Source: Lama glama
Lineage: Eukaryota
Assembly: GCA_028534125.1 (NCBI GenBank)
Contig: CM052817.1
Location: 44,084,001 to 44,148,000, forward strand
Length of the DNA: 64,000 nucleotides
Direction of reading: 5' to 3'
The translations under genes and the position numbers were made by a program. Within the stretch, counting starts at the first letter, position 1; each line of letters starts with the position of its first letter. Positions 35,762-48,399 of this stretch are shown here, piece by piece. The notes beneath the pieces were generated by a model. The model did not search any database. It saw nothing but the letters and a program-made list of their open reading frames with translations, and was not told the origin of the DNA.

Positions 35762-37969
35762 GATGCAGGCCCTCCTGGATAGGGCATGACCTTGGATGAG
35801 GCTGCTCTCTGGGTAAGTTGTCCCAAAGGGGCCATCAGCTGAAGGCTGTGTGCCAAAAGACTTCCCAACAGCTGGGGCATCTAGGCAGCACATTTCTGTG
35901 TCCGTCACAGGTTGATTCATTATTGACCCCTTTATCCAGATGAAGAAACTGAGGCACACTTTAGTTAACAGCTAATCAGTTCAGATAGTGAGTGATCAAA
36001 CTAGGATCAAACCCTGATAGTTCGGTGGGAGACAGTGTTCCTGATAACTACATCTTACTCTCGAATAAGGTGCATGTAATTGTAGCAGTGGGCTATGGCC
36101 CTCAGCACGTCCCAGTAATGATTTGAAATCCTAAATCCTTGCCTGCATGGAAGTTCACCTTTAGGAACTATGAACTGCTGCAATCAGGAATGGAAACGGC
36201 ACCAACAGGAGTGATACACTTAGAAAAATGTTGACACATGTTTTTATCCAGCACCTTGAAGGCTATAAAGGAAGCAAAATACAAAGTCTCTTCTCACAAG
36301 AAGCTTAGAGTTTAGGCAAGAGGATAAACCACAGACACATGAAACAATTATTGGAAAAAATCCCAGAAGAGTAAATGAATAAGTGGGAGATGATTGCTAT
36401 GTTGGTTAATAGTAAAACAGGCAAAGGGCAAGCAAGCCTTTAACAAAACAGTCCTCTTTTGTTACAAAGTCCCACCCCCATGAACATCGAATGACTATGG
36501 GCCTTGGAACTCTAGTGAGTAAAATATCAGCTATAACCTACGTGTAAAAGGAACTAGACTTCGGGCTTTGGAAAGGGCCCACCAGCCTGAGCACAAAGAC
36601 GTTACCAGCTTTTGGTGAGGCCTCATCTTCTCTGCCACGACCCTGCGTTGGGTTTCACATTACCCTCTGTGGTTCCTGGGTAATTAAAGACATTTTAACT
36701 CTGAATCTTGGCCACGTTTCCTTTACATGGGTGAGAGCACTTAAAACCTGAACAACAGGAGGATGCTGTGGTTTATTTTACCGGTATTATGAGGGGGATT
36801 GTCTTTATAAGACCTTTTCTTTTTTATTATTTCATTCATTCAACCACTGTTTAATGAGTACCATCCACATTGGGGCAGTGGTTTAGCATTGTGGTTAAAA
36901 GCACAGGGTTTGGCAGACAAACTTGGTTTGAGTTATACCCCTGCCACTTACCAGATTTGTGTCGAAGTCCATCTCTAATCCTCAGTTTCTTCATATGAAA
37001 AATGGGACTAATAGCAGTGCTTGTCTAATAGCATTGTGAGAAGGACTAAATAATTCATGTAAGGTGCCTGGGACATACTACGAGAAGAGTGAGGTTATTT
37101 TTTACCAGTAACAGCCAGAGTAGGAAGAGTTTGGCCCAAATACTATGCTGGATGCTGGAGATTCAACAATGAGCCAGAAAGGCAGCCTCTGCCTTCCCAG
37201 ACCAGGTTAGGTGAGCAGACAAGCAAGGAAGGTATTAACTGCTAGGATAAGAAACATATAGAGAATTATGGAAATATGCAGCACTGACGACAAGAACAAA
37301 GTGAGGGAGTTCCACAAAGACTTCTTGGAAGAAAATACATGCCGACCTTTAAAAGTTGTATCATTTGCTGTAAATTGTTTGGTTCTGGATTAGACTGTAA
37401 GTTGCATGAGGGTAGTAGGGACACTGCATGCTATGTTTGGCTTTATTTATCAAGCACTTAGTGTAGTCCCTGACACACAGAGGCACTCAAAACTGGTGGG
37501 CAAATGAGTGAATGAAGCAACTCTTAAGGTGATAGGTAGGAGTTTGCCAGATGAGGATGACAGGAAAGGTGTTCCAAGCAGATGAAAGTGTATATGAAGT
37601 CACTAGAGGGAAAGAAAGCATGATGAGTGGGAGGAGCTGAGATGCAGTCAAGCTGGAAAGTATGTGGATGTGGATGCCCTGAGACAAAGCAAAGATCAAA
37701 TCAAGTAGGGTCTTGTAAGCTGTGTTGAGTCTGAACTTGATGCTAAGAAGCCATGGGAAACCATTAAGGAGTTTAATCAAAGAAAGGATATAATTAGTGT
37801 GTGTGTGTTTTTAGAGTCCACTCCTTATCCTGTCAATACACGAATAACTCAAATACATTTTTTTAAAAAAAAAAAAGGAAAGTACAGATAAGCATAATTA
37901 GAAAAAAAAGTTGTCTGTAATCTCACCATTCAGAGATAACCACCATTTGACAAGAAATAACAAGCAACC

Positions 37970-38450
37970 TGTCTCGGTTATCTACTGCTGTATAATAAGC
38001 CACCCAAAACCTAGTGGCCTAAAACAATGATTTATTATTTTTCAAGAGTCTGTGGGTTAATTGGGATCAGCTGGGTGGTTCCTCTGCCCAGTGTGGTTTA
38101 GCTGAAGATGCTCATGCAAGCTGCATTCAGTGGGGTGCTTAGCTGAGGCTGGAACATCCAAGATGGCTCCTCCTCCTCAAGAGCGTCTCTCTGCACAGGC
38201 TCTTCTCTTTCGGTAATCCAACCTGCTGCCTTGCAGCACGGTGGCTGGCTTCCAAGAGGGATAAAAGGGAAACTGCCAGTCCTCTTGAAGCTTAGGCTTG
38301 GACACGCACTGAACTTTTCCACTGCACATTAGCAGGCAAAGCCAGGCACAAGGTCAGCTGAAGTTCAAGGGGGAGACTGCTCTTCTAGATAGGAAGAGCA
38401 GCACATATGTACAGGGATGGGAGGACGTGTGGCTATTGGGAAACTACCAC
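37970..38450. mobile_element. MLT1 (MaLR) LTR
   Basis: ttatctactgctgtataataagccacccaaaacctagtggcctaaaacaa, MLT1 terminus. Confidence 0.75.
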
Positions 38451-40639
38451 ACAATCTGATTTGCTAATCACAAAGTCAGTAGTTGTTGACCATTTCTGGT
38501 ACAAATAATCAGACAAACTCAGCTGAAAAGTGACAAATGCAGAGTACAGAGGTTTTGGCCATATAAGAATCTGCTAAGTGGATGGCTTAAGTAAGCTGAC
38601 CCATGGCACACTTGCAGGGGAAAGTGGGAAGCAGGCAGGGAACATCAGTAAAACCTAGTGTGAAATGAAAGGAATTGAAGGAAAAACGCAGACCCTAGAC
38701 AAAGAAAATGGTTAAAATTGTCATGAGAAGTGTTCTACAACCAATGCCTCTATACTTAACCTAAGTATTAACTGGTGATCGAGACACATTGTTTGTCCAG
38801 TCTCACTTCCTGAGGGTCGGATGGGCAGGGACCACGGGATCAGGGAGAGCCACACTTCAGCATGCACATGGCACATGGCAGAAGCAGCAAAGCATGCACA
38901 CCACATCCTAGGAAATGACAGAATCAAAGCCTGAAGAGCCAAATCAAGGAGCAAGTATGAGACCAAAATGTAGCCTTCTCCTCACCTCTGCTGTGAATGG
39001 GGCAGGAGGCTTGATTCTCAATTTTATTCATCACAGTTATGGGAAAGCCATGTTGTTGAATGGCCAAGGGCAAAATCAGGCTCTTGGACTTGTCTGTGAG
39101 TTTACTAATAATGCCTACAGAGAAAGGACAGTGCCTCTCATTTCCCACCTGTCTTCCTCATCCCCACTGCCATTGCCTTGGTTCAGTCCTTCATTATCTC
39201 TTGGATTTTTGCAGGACTCCTGACTGGTCTCCCCATTCCGTTATTCATCTCCACCTGCTCCATTCCACCTTCCACAGAGCTGCCAGTTACTTTCTTAACA
39301 CACGTTTTCCAGCTGTAGGAAAAGGTAAGGGAAAAAAAAAGACCAGAGAAAGGTGCAGTGTTGTGATTAGGAAGAGATTTCTAGGTCCTGATATAGACTC
39401 TCTTGAGAGGTACTTACTGAACAATTTTTCAGGAGGGACAGAATCAAATTTGCATATTTTAACGGATTTGCGTATTTTAGAAGGTATATACCCAAGGGAA
39501 TCGGGGTAAGCCTGGAGACTGAGAGATTATTAGGATATTGCAGTGACCCTGCTGATAAGAGTACAGGTCTGACTGAAGCCAGTGGCACAGAGCAGACATA
39601 TACAGTGTGAATGATAAATGGTGACCTCCAGACAGAAGGCAGCAGGCAAGAGGCAATGAGGATATCACGTAAGCTTCCACCTTGAGTAGACAGAATGCCT
39701 ATTCACCAAAATACAAATGAAAAGCAGGTTTGGGAATAGTCAGAACTTTGGGAATAATCAGTGAGATGGCTAGCTGTGAATAAACAGGTTGGGAGCTCAG
39801 TAAAGAGCTCTAAATATATGGAAAACCAGAAAGGGGAACAGATCAAGTCACGTGTGGACAGATTCACACAAAAAATCATCTAGTAAGAAAAGCAATAAAA
39901 TCCTAGAACTGAAGAGGGTTCAAGACTTGGAAAGCCACAAATAGCTTGTGCATCTCAACAAATCAAAATCTGAAAGCAGAATATATTGTCTACTGTTTGC
40001 CAACATTACTCAATAAGAGAGGGAGGATCGTTTGGATTCTCCACTAGGAGGGTAGGGAAACATACCCTTATATCTCCGAGGAGAAGAGGAGTTACGTGAA
40101 AACCATATTCAGTGTATCTTATTTTCTACCTAGCTAGAGAAAATAAAGGTCTCCAAAAACCAAACTAGATGGAGAAACCATGCCAAAAAAAGGAAAAAAA
40201 AAGTCACTACTTGCAAAACAAGCCTGAGACTGGCAAGGTCCAGAGCTCACTGCCCGAGTGCCTGGTCAGTAAGCAACCTTCTGAGAATTTGGCTTGTCTG
40301 CAGAGACTGTGCTAACCTACCAGCCTGACTATTCTGGGTTACTTGACACCTGCTGGCTTTCACTATAAACTAACAGGCATTCAGGTTAATATGACACTCT
40401 TCTGTTTCATTTGAGTCCAGAAAGAGGTCAACTCTCAAGTGACGGATTCACTTTCAGTATCTTCAAGGCTAAGGGCCAAACTGGTGAGGAAATATTACCT
40501 ACGGGACTTCTGCAACCAAAGAGAGGGCTTATCCTGGAGACACTCCAGCCTCACTTCAAGCCTTCTCACTGAAATATATATAACAAGCACTTTTTCTTTT
40601 CCACCAAAAAAATTAAAAATTAAGAAGTAACTGCAAACA

Positions 40640-41964
40640 AGGAGTACAATTCATTAATATTTTTATTTTGAGCTGTATCTATTATTATCTCAAAAAGATC
40701 CACTTCAGAAAACATCCAATGACTGTTGACTTACCAGAGAAAAAGTAAGTCATCACTACGATTTATAATACAGAATACACAATAAATTATATTTACATGC
40801 AATGACTAGACTATCACACACGGTAAAAAAATAACAGTATTTTTATGTACATTTTTAAAGATTTACATTTTCATATACAGTTTATAAAGTTAAAAAAAAT
40901 TCTCTGTACAAAATCTCATGTGCACAGAGTTTATAAATCCCTATTCTTATGGCTGTACCACCACACAGATATGCTTAAAACTATAACACTACAAACACTT
41001 AAGTTTTTTTTTACACTTCATATTCAGTCTTGGCACCCATATACTAATACCATTATTTCTGAAATGTGAATGACAAAGGAAATAAACTGTAATCATGCAG
41101 ACCTTTTTAATATAAGAAAATGAGATAAAATGTGCTACCAGACCAACATTTATCAATTTCATAGTTACCTAATTCTGTTCAGCCTCCTGCACTGCTCTCA
41201 TACAGGTACATGCAAAACCAGCAGATCATGGACTGTTTTTAAAACATTAAAATAATACTATAGTCTGACAACACTTAGGCATTAGGAATGCAACTGTCTA
41301 ACAACCTTATTAGTCTGTTGCTTATTTCCGCTTTGGCAGAAACCTCAAAGTTAAGACATTACATACTAAAAGTCACAAAAATGTCAATATTGTAATTCCT
41401 AAGTTTATAAAGTCTGTGTCAGAGAGTACATTGATCACTTAAAAAACAAAAAAATCACCAAAAAGGTGTTTGACATTTTAAGAGTATATTCTCTGTTCTG
41501 AGAGTGGGGGGAGGGGGAGATCTAAGATAAACCAGTAAAGGATTACCCATTGTCCCTGCTAAGGAAGCACCTGCACACTCCCCGTCTGTTTACATAAAGA
41601 CACCTGAAGGCTTTATAAAAAGTTTAACTACACTATTCATCTTTAAAAATCTTCTCAAAAAGTAGTAAGTGGAAGGTATCAGCACCTTCCCTCCTCCCCC
41701 AAGTAGCTAAAGATCAATGAGAAAAATAAAGTGCCAATGTCTAAAGTACTGTTAACTGTTTAAGAGGCACTAACCCATTTGATGGCTTAGGATTAAATAT
41801 GAAAATAGGCCAGATCCGATCTGAGTAATAAATAGAAGGTAGGTATTCCAGGCTATGCAATTCCTGCCTAGATGGGAGCTGGACCAGGAAACCACTGACT
41901 ACCCCATTTATTGCTTTGAAACTGGTACACACACTTTAAATTCGGACCCAGAATGGTTAGATCT
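40640..41964 (-). other. CCNG2: CCNG2 3'UTR (proximal poly(A) site)
   Basis: AATAAA at 40667-40662, AU-rich sequence, Pumilio elements at 40790 and 40844, miR-17-family 8mer at 41727-41734. Confidence 0.75.
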
Positions 41965-44900
41965 CTAAGACGGAAAGCCCAGAGTCTGAGCCACTTCGAG
42001 GCTGAAGAAGAAAGCGCACTCCTGCTCCCGTTGAGGGGAGCCGCCGAGGCTCTCCTCCCCACAACTCATATCTTCACAGGAGTCCTCACTAAAGGGAAGA
42101 AGAAAAAGAAGAGGACCCCGTTATCTAAAATACACTTACATGTTGTACAGGTGGAATAGAACTGCTCAACAAGTATCTCCAGTCTCAGGATTTTTACACT
42201 CAAAATTTAAGCTTTACAGAGATAATATTTAACTTACAGAGACTTCCTAAAGTGAAGTCTACTGTTACCTCCTTAGAAAATAGACTTAAGAGGTTTAAAC
42301 AAATTACCATTTACCAAACTATTATTCTTGTACCAATTAATGGCTATCAGCAGCTAACTGTAGAAGTCTAAGTATTTTAAATTTAATAAATGCAGACTAA
42401 TGACAAAGATCTCCTACCATATGGTTTTGATGTCTTTCTTGCATCAGTTCAATAATTGTATCACTGATATTCTCAAATAACAGACCAAGAAACCAACAAG
42501 CTATGAAAATGGAACTTCTACTCTCTTATCCCTATAGCATAGAACAATCAAATTTAATAAAAATAAATAATTCATTTTACTAAACAAAATAAACTCTGAA
42601 TAAGACAATGGCATTTGGCAAACCTAAACATATCTATAAAAGTCTACCAAGATGGTGGTAGTAGTTCCCTTTATTTTCCAGTCATTTAACCCGCAGCCTC
42701 TTGCCACAGTAACATAATAGGAATTCATACTGTTTAAAAGCCCAGAATGCTGTTTCAGTTGATGTTGTTTTTAACTAAACTGTATTTCAAAGACCAAAGG
42801 AGACGGCAAATAACCAGTTTTTAAAAGGGGGAGGAGTGAAGTAAGTCAGAGAAAGACAAACACTGTATCTCATACTGTATGTGGAATCAAAAACCAAAAA
42901 AACAGAACCCATAGATGCACAGAACAGACGGGTGGTTGCGGGGGGCAAGGGTGCAGGGGGAGGTGGCCGAAAGGACAAACTTCCAGTTATAAGCCCTGAG
43001 GAGGAAATGATGTACAGGATGCTGGGCTTTGTTTGTTTGATTTTAATAAAGAAAAACAGTGGGGAAGTACACTTCCAAATTATTAAGTATTTTAATAAAA
43101 CTACTTCTGGTTAATTCTGTCACCTGAAGAAATAATGCTGTTAGAGGTAGGGGCTCTGATATACAAAAATCAGTAACATTTAGTCTGGCTGAGTCTAAGT
43201 AGTCAAGGAGCCTTCTTACCTTTCACTTTCATCAAAACAACCCCCCTCCGGGATGGTCGGCAGCTCAGGAACACTGTAGTAGCTATTGTGGAGGTTCTGG
43301 GCTGTGCGCCTTGAGACTATCCAAACCAACTTCTTAAGATCTGGTTTGCAACATTCAGGAGAAGAATATTCGGCTAGGCATTTAGAAACTAACTCCCTCC
43401 AGTAAATGAACTCAGAGTCATTAACCTGAAAAAAATATTTAAATGAACAGGTTATGACAGTGGTTCCTAAAACTTGCTGTACCTTGCAATCACCCTGTGA
43501 GCATTAAAAATAGTGATGCTTGGCTCCCACCCCGAGATAGTCTTATTTAATTGATATGGGGTATGATCTGGGCATCAAGAATTTTTAAAGCTCCCCAGGT
43601 AAGTCTGATGTGCAGTCAAAATTTGGTAACCACTGCTGCTTTAGGGGAGGAGCAACATAGGTAATAAAAAATGTACGTAGGATTCAATACATAGAATGCT
43701 CTGCCTATTTTAAGAAAACACATGGACCTAAAAACACTAGGTCTGTTAATGAATCAGTTATCAAGTATATTCTCTGATAGTCTCAATGCAAAGGAATTCA
43801 ACACAATTTAGGTTTCTGTAACAGTATTATTCAGATGGCTACGTATTTACATTAAGACACCAGATATCTGCAAATGGAGAAGTTAGCAACATGAGAGAAG
43901 AGGAATTTCCCCAGAAGGGCACAGTTCCTCCACCACTGGGGAGTACCCAAATTTATTTCAAGGAATCATCACTGAAGATGTTTCCAAGTAACGTTATTAT
44001 AAAAGGTTTATATTCAAATTAATAAACTCGTGGTTAAACAAAAGCTGGAAGTTATCTGTTAAAACCAAATGCTTCACAGTGCATGTACTTGCACCACAAA
44101 CAGATGATTTTATATCATTTGCCTCCATTTCCACCTAATCCAGCTACATATTAATTCCCGTGCTATCTGGCTTCTACCACTCCTTATTCTCCGGACATCA
44201 CCTACCAATTCTCATTATACCAGGCCTCTCATCAAAATTCAATACTCCTGACCACCTCCTTCTAGAAAACTTCTTTCCAACCTGACAGTGCTTGTATATC
44301 TGTCTAGTGTACCTTCCTTCAGTTGGGTCCTCATGGGGAAACTGCCAATGCTGAAAACCCAGAGATTTAACTGACCCCTAAGCAAAGGACTCTCACAAAT
44401 CTCTTATGGCTTCAACTATTATTTCCTCATCAGAAATTTCTAATCTCAATCTCCAACTATGATTTGCTTTCTGAATTTTTATTCCAGATTGCCAAATATC
44501 TGCTAGACATCTCCCTATCTGAAAGGTACACAAGGACCTAACATCATACTTTTTTGATCACAAATTAATTTCTCTCAAATTTCCCTCCATCATTAGGTCC
44601 AAATCTGGTCATTCGTAACTCCCTGCCTCATTTTCACGCTTGGCTTCCAAACCCACTGAGTTGGATATCCTTAACCCTGCTTGCGATTTCACCTAGACAT
44701 TCTATCTTCAAACCTACTCTCAATGACTCTATCAACTTCCTGGTCGTAAGCCTTTGCTGCCCAAACTTTCACTGTCCAAAATTCTTTTGGTACAACCAGG
44801 CTCCCAGTCATCGTGCCTCTCGCGGTCTATCCTACTTTTCTGCTAGCAAAACCCTGAAGTACTCCCTATGTTCAGAGACAAAGACCATACAGCACTGCCA

Positions 44901-47900
44901 CACAGAATTAATAAATGACAGAACGCCCTGCCTCATATTAAGTTCCATACTTCTCCAACTGGACTATTAGCTTAAGAAAAAGAACTACGCTTTCGTTTGT
45001 TTTACACCTCGTTACAACTGAAAAAAAATTTATTGGGCTGGTCTGATGAAGGAGTTTAAAAAGAAAAACATAACTGATGTTATTTTGGTAACCTACTAAT
45101 GGGACGATGACTCAGTCCTACAGATGCAATAGGGTGCCATTAGTGTTACTTACTAAGTCTACCTCTTAGTACGTGTTTTAGAACAATGTGCACGGGGCAA
45201 TGTAGACCGCTGTCATTATCAACTAGCAAGAATACTACACAAGGGACACCTGAATGTAAAAAGAAGCCTGACTAATTCCCTTCCAGCTTAATACTGTCTG
45301 GGTCAAAGCTGCATTTTGAGAACATCAACACTTAAGAACCTCACAAAGTGTTACTTAATGTTTAAGGGACCACAGAAAAAGATAAAACAACACTAGGAAG
45401 AAACTTGCTTTAAAGATTAAGAACTGAAGATATTTACCTTGGAATGTTTTTTAACAAGCAAGAGAATTTCCAATAATTCAATGGATTTCAAAGATTCTAC
45501 TTCCAAATTGAGAAGGCACAAAGCTAATATAGATGGCTACAAAAAAAAAAGTTAAGAAAAGTAAGTATTTTTTTAATTCAAAACAGAAACTGTGAGTGAG
45601 ATAAGCAAGGAACTGACTTACTTTTGCTTTTGAAAAGGTAAGTCGGCAGCTGCAAGCTTTCAGCTGAGCTTCCAGTTTGTCAAGACTCAGTATTTCTTTC
45701 CTATATGATGAAAAGAAAGTATGAATATTTATTTATTAAACTTCTAAAGATTTAAACAATTTTAAATACTTGTCAAAGAAAAAAAAAATTGTCACCAGAA
45801 GTCCAAGCTTAAGGTCGGGAGGGAATAAAAATGTAAATTTCATCAGCATTCTAAGTCTTTGTTACTTATGGCAATGCAAAAATACACAATTTTAATTTAT
45901 AACCCCACTGACCTTTCTGAAGTATGACAAAGTACTATAGTATGGTATAAGTGCAAAAAGTGTAAGGCAGTAGTAGCTTCCATTTCATAGTGCAATTTTT
46001 CCGAAATTATTTTTTCCATCCGTTTTATGTCAGAAGCAGTACATTTACACTGACTAATCCGGATTACATCATGAGTGGATGGGACATTGCATTCTTCTTC
46101 AACTATTCTAGCAGCCAGCAGAAAACAACAGACTCCAATGCAAGACAAATGTTTAGGTTTCACCTGGAAAACAAAGAACAAAAGGCTTCTTCCAACAATT
46201 GTCCCTTTGATTTGGCAAAGCAGACACTTGAAAGAATATTGTAATGAGCCCCTACTCCTAAGACAGAATACAATCAAGCTGCTTCCCTGCTTTTACCTTT
46301 ACACACAATATTTAATTGCTTTTACATTTTAAACTGTCTTAACCTACCTTTAGAAAAACAAAAGACATTTTGAGCATTTACATTATTTAATTTTAAATGC
46401 AGGTAAAAAATTTAAATCCAAGTTCACAAGCTAGGTTTCTAATACTGCATTATATACTCTGTATTTCAAACTTATGAAATACAAAATAGTACAACCCCCC
46501 CCCCAGAATAAATCAAGCCTTTCAATACCAAGAAAATATACTTCTTTGGATATAAAAATAATACATTCTACTTATCTTTTTATCTTATCTATTTAAGAAT
46601 CATCCCCTACTTCAATGCAAATTTCCCCAAAGAGATATTGCATCAGATGTGCAGAGTGGAGCATATGTAAAAGCTACCATGGACAGATGGCTGCCCTTTT
46701 CTTTTCAGTGCCCTGAAAACTGACCCAGCAGCTGACAGCAATCCTACTGGCAGAAGAATCACCACATTTTTCTAACAGTTGCTGATAACTGTTATTAAGA
46801 CTGTGGTCCCCTGCTTTGAAAAGGCTCCTCATAGGGAAGGCAATAGGTCACCTTGAATACAGTGCTATACTTCCATTTGTCACGTTTCAGATGTTTAAAA
46901 AAACACCTAGGTTCAACAGAAACATAATGGGAGATGAAAATGGAAAACCTTATTTTGAGAACGGCATATATAGAGAATACCTAAAAAACAGGAATCTTTT
47001 TTGCCACAGCTTCAACAAGAAGGGACATAAAGAGGTTCAGCAAAACCTAATTTAAGATACAACAATACACTTAACTTTTGTGGTCTCTTAATCTGGACTA
47101 AAGCTCACAATTCCAATTATTAAAAATGTTCATGTATGGTGACATTGTTACATTCATTTGCCAAATATTTTTTGAAGCTTTGTATGCTAGGCATTGTGCT
47201 AGGCACTGGATATAAAAAAATCATTTTATATAAAAATGATTAAATACCTTCATAAGAGCCAAGAATCTGTCCAAAATATTGACAGCCAGGACAAAAGTTT
47301 CAGTGCAAGATCCAAAAAAGTTGGTTAAACTCCTTAAATCTTCTACTTTGGCATTTCTCAATCTTGGACACAAAGTGTTATCATTCTGCAATAAAAACCA
47401 AGAGCCAATGATTATGACTGTCTTAGAACTAGATGAATAATACACACAGATTCAAGTAAGGTAGTGTTTTCCCCTTAATCTTCAAGAAAACGGGAGAAAA
47501 GGGGGAGAGGATAGAGTATGTGCTGAGCTCAGTGGTAGAGTGTGTGCTGAGCATACATGAGGTCCTGGGTTCAATCCCTGGTACTTCCATTAAAAAACAA
47601 TAATGATAAATAAACCTAATTATCTCCCCCTCCAAAAAACCAAAAAAAATTTAAAGTAAATTTTAAAAAAGAAAACGAAAAAAAAGTGTTATCATTTCAA
47701 CTAAAGCACTACACTTTATCAGATACAAAATGTGTATGTATCATTGCTTTTTGAAAAACATACATTGTAAAATACATTCAGCAATTCAATATAAAGTTAA
47801 CTGTTGCCACACTTCCATAGGGTTATAGCAAATATAATTCAATTCCCCTGTAATGTATATACAGAAGGTTCCTTGCTTGTTTTTTTTTAAAAATAGCATT

Positions 47901-48369
47901 TAAGAGCTGACTATACAGAAGTATTGCATAGGCAGAGGGTATTTCCACAAATGAACTGCTCAATTCCCAGGGAATGTCCCACAGAGAAGCTGCAGGCTGG
48001 GGGTGCCAAACATGAAAAACACTTTCCTAGAGTTAGTACCATTCTCATTCTTGCTAAGAAACAAAAGAATGACCCTGACTTAAGATTTATCTTAGTACTC
48101 TAGGAAGACCAATTTTGGTTTTAAGAAACTTTGCAACCTTTAGTCTTCATTTAAAAAAAAAAACTGTTTTTAAAGTTATCTCCCCGAGCCCTATCAGCTG
48201 CTGGAGCAAGTTATCTTTCCTGGGAACTCACCTCTGGGGTGGCCTCGATCAAGTTCAGTCCTTTTTCTCGAGGTTGGAATCTCTGTTCCTGTTCTAAGTA
48301 GAGGTTCAACAATCCAAAGAGCTGGACCCCTTCACGACCGGCCAAGTACTCTGCCCCCAAATCCTTCAT
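41965..48369 (-). CDS. CCNG2: Cyclin G2, 344 aa; coding exons 48369-48232, 47385-47248, 46163-45913, 45700-45622, 45536-45438, 43425-43220, 42088-41965
   Basis: Exons of 138+138+251+79+99+206+124 = 1035 nt, all GT-AG, give an open frame MKDLGAEYLAGREG...NDNTLCPRLRNAKVEDL...VKPKHLSCIG...AQTLGFPS* that matches mammalian CCNG2. Confidence 0.98.
43458..43635. mobile_element. MER5A hAT MITE in CCNG2 intron 6
   Basis: TIRs cagtggtt/aaccactg, ~180 bp, MER5 internal motifs. Confidence 0.85.
47501..47669 (+). mobile_element. vic-1-like SINE in CCNG2 intron 2
   Basis: tRNA head, A-tail, TSD aagaaaacg. Confidence 0.88.
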
Positions 48370-48399
48370 CTGCAGCAAATACATCACACAGTTAGAGTG

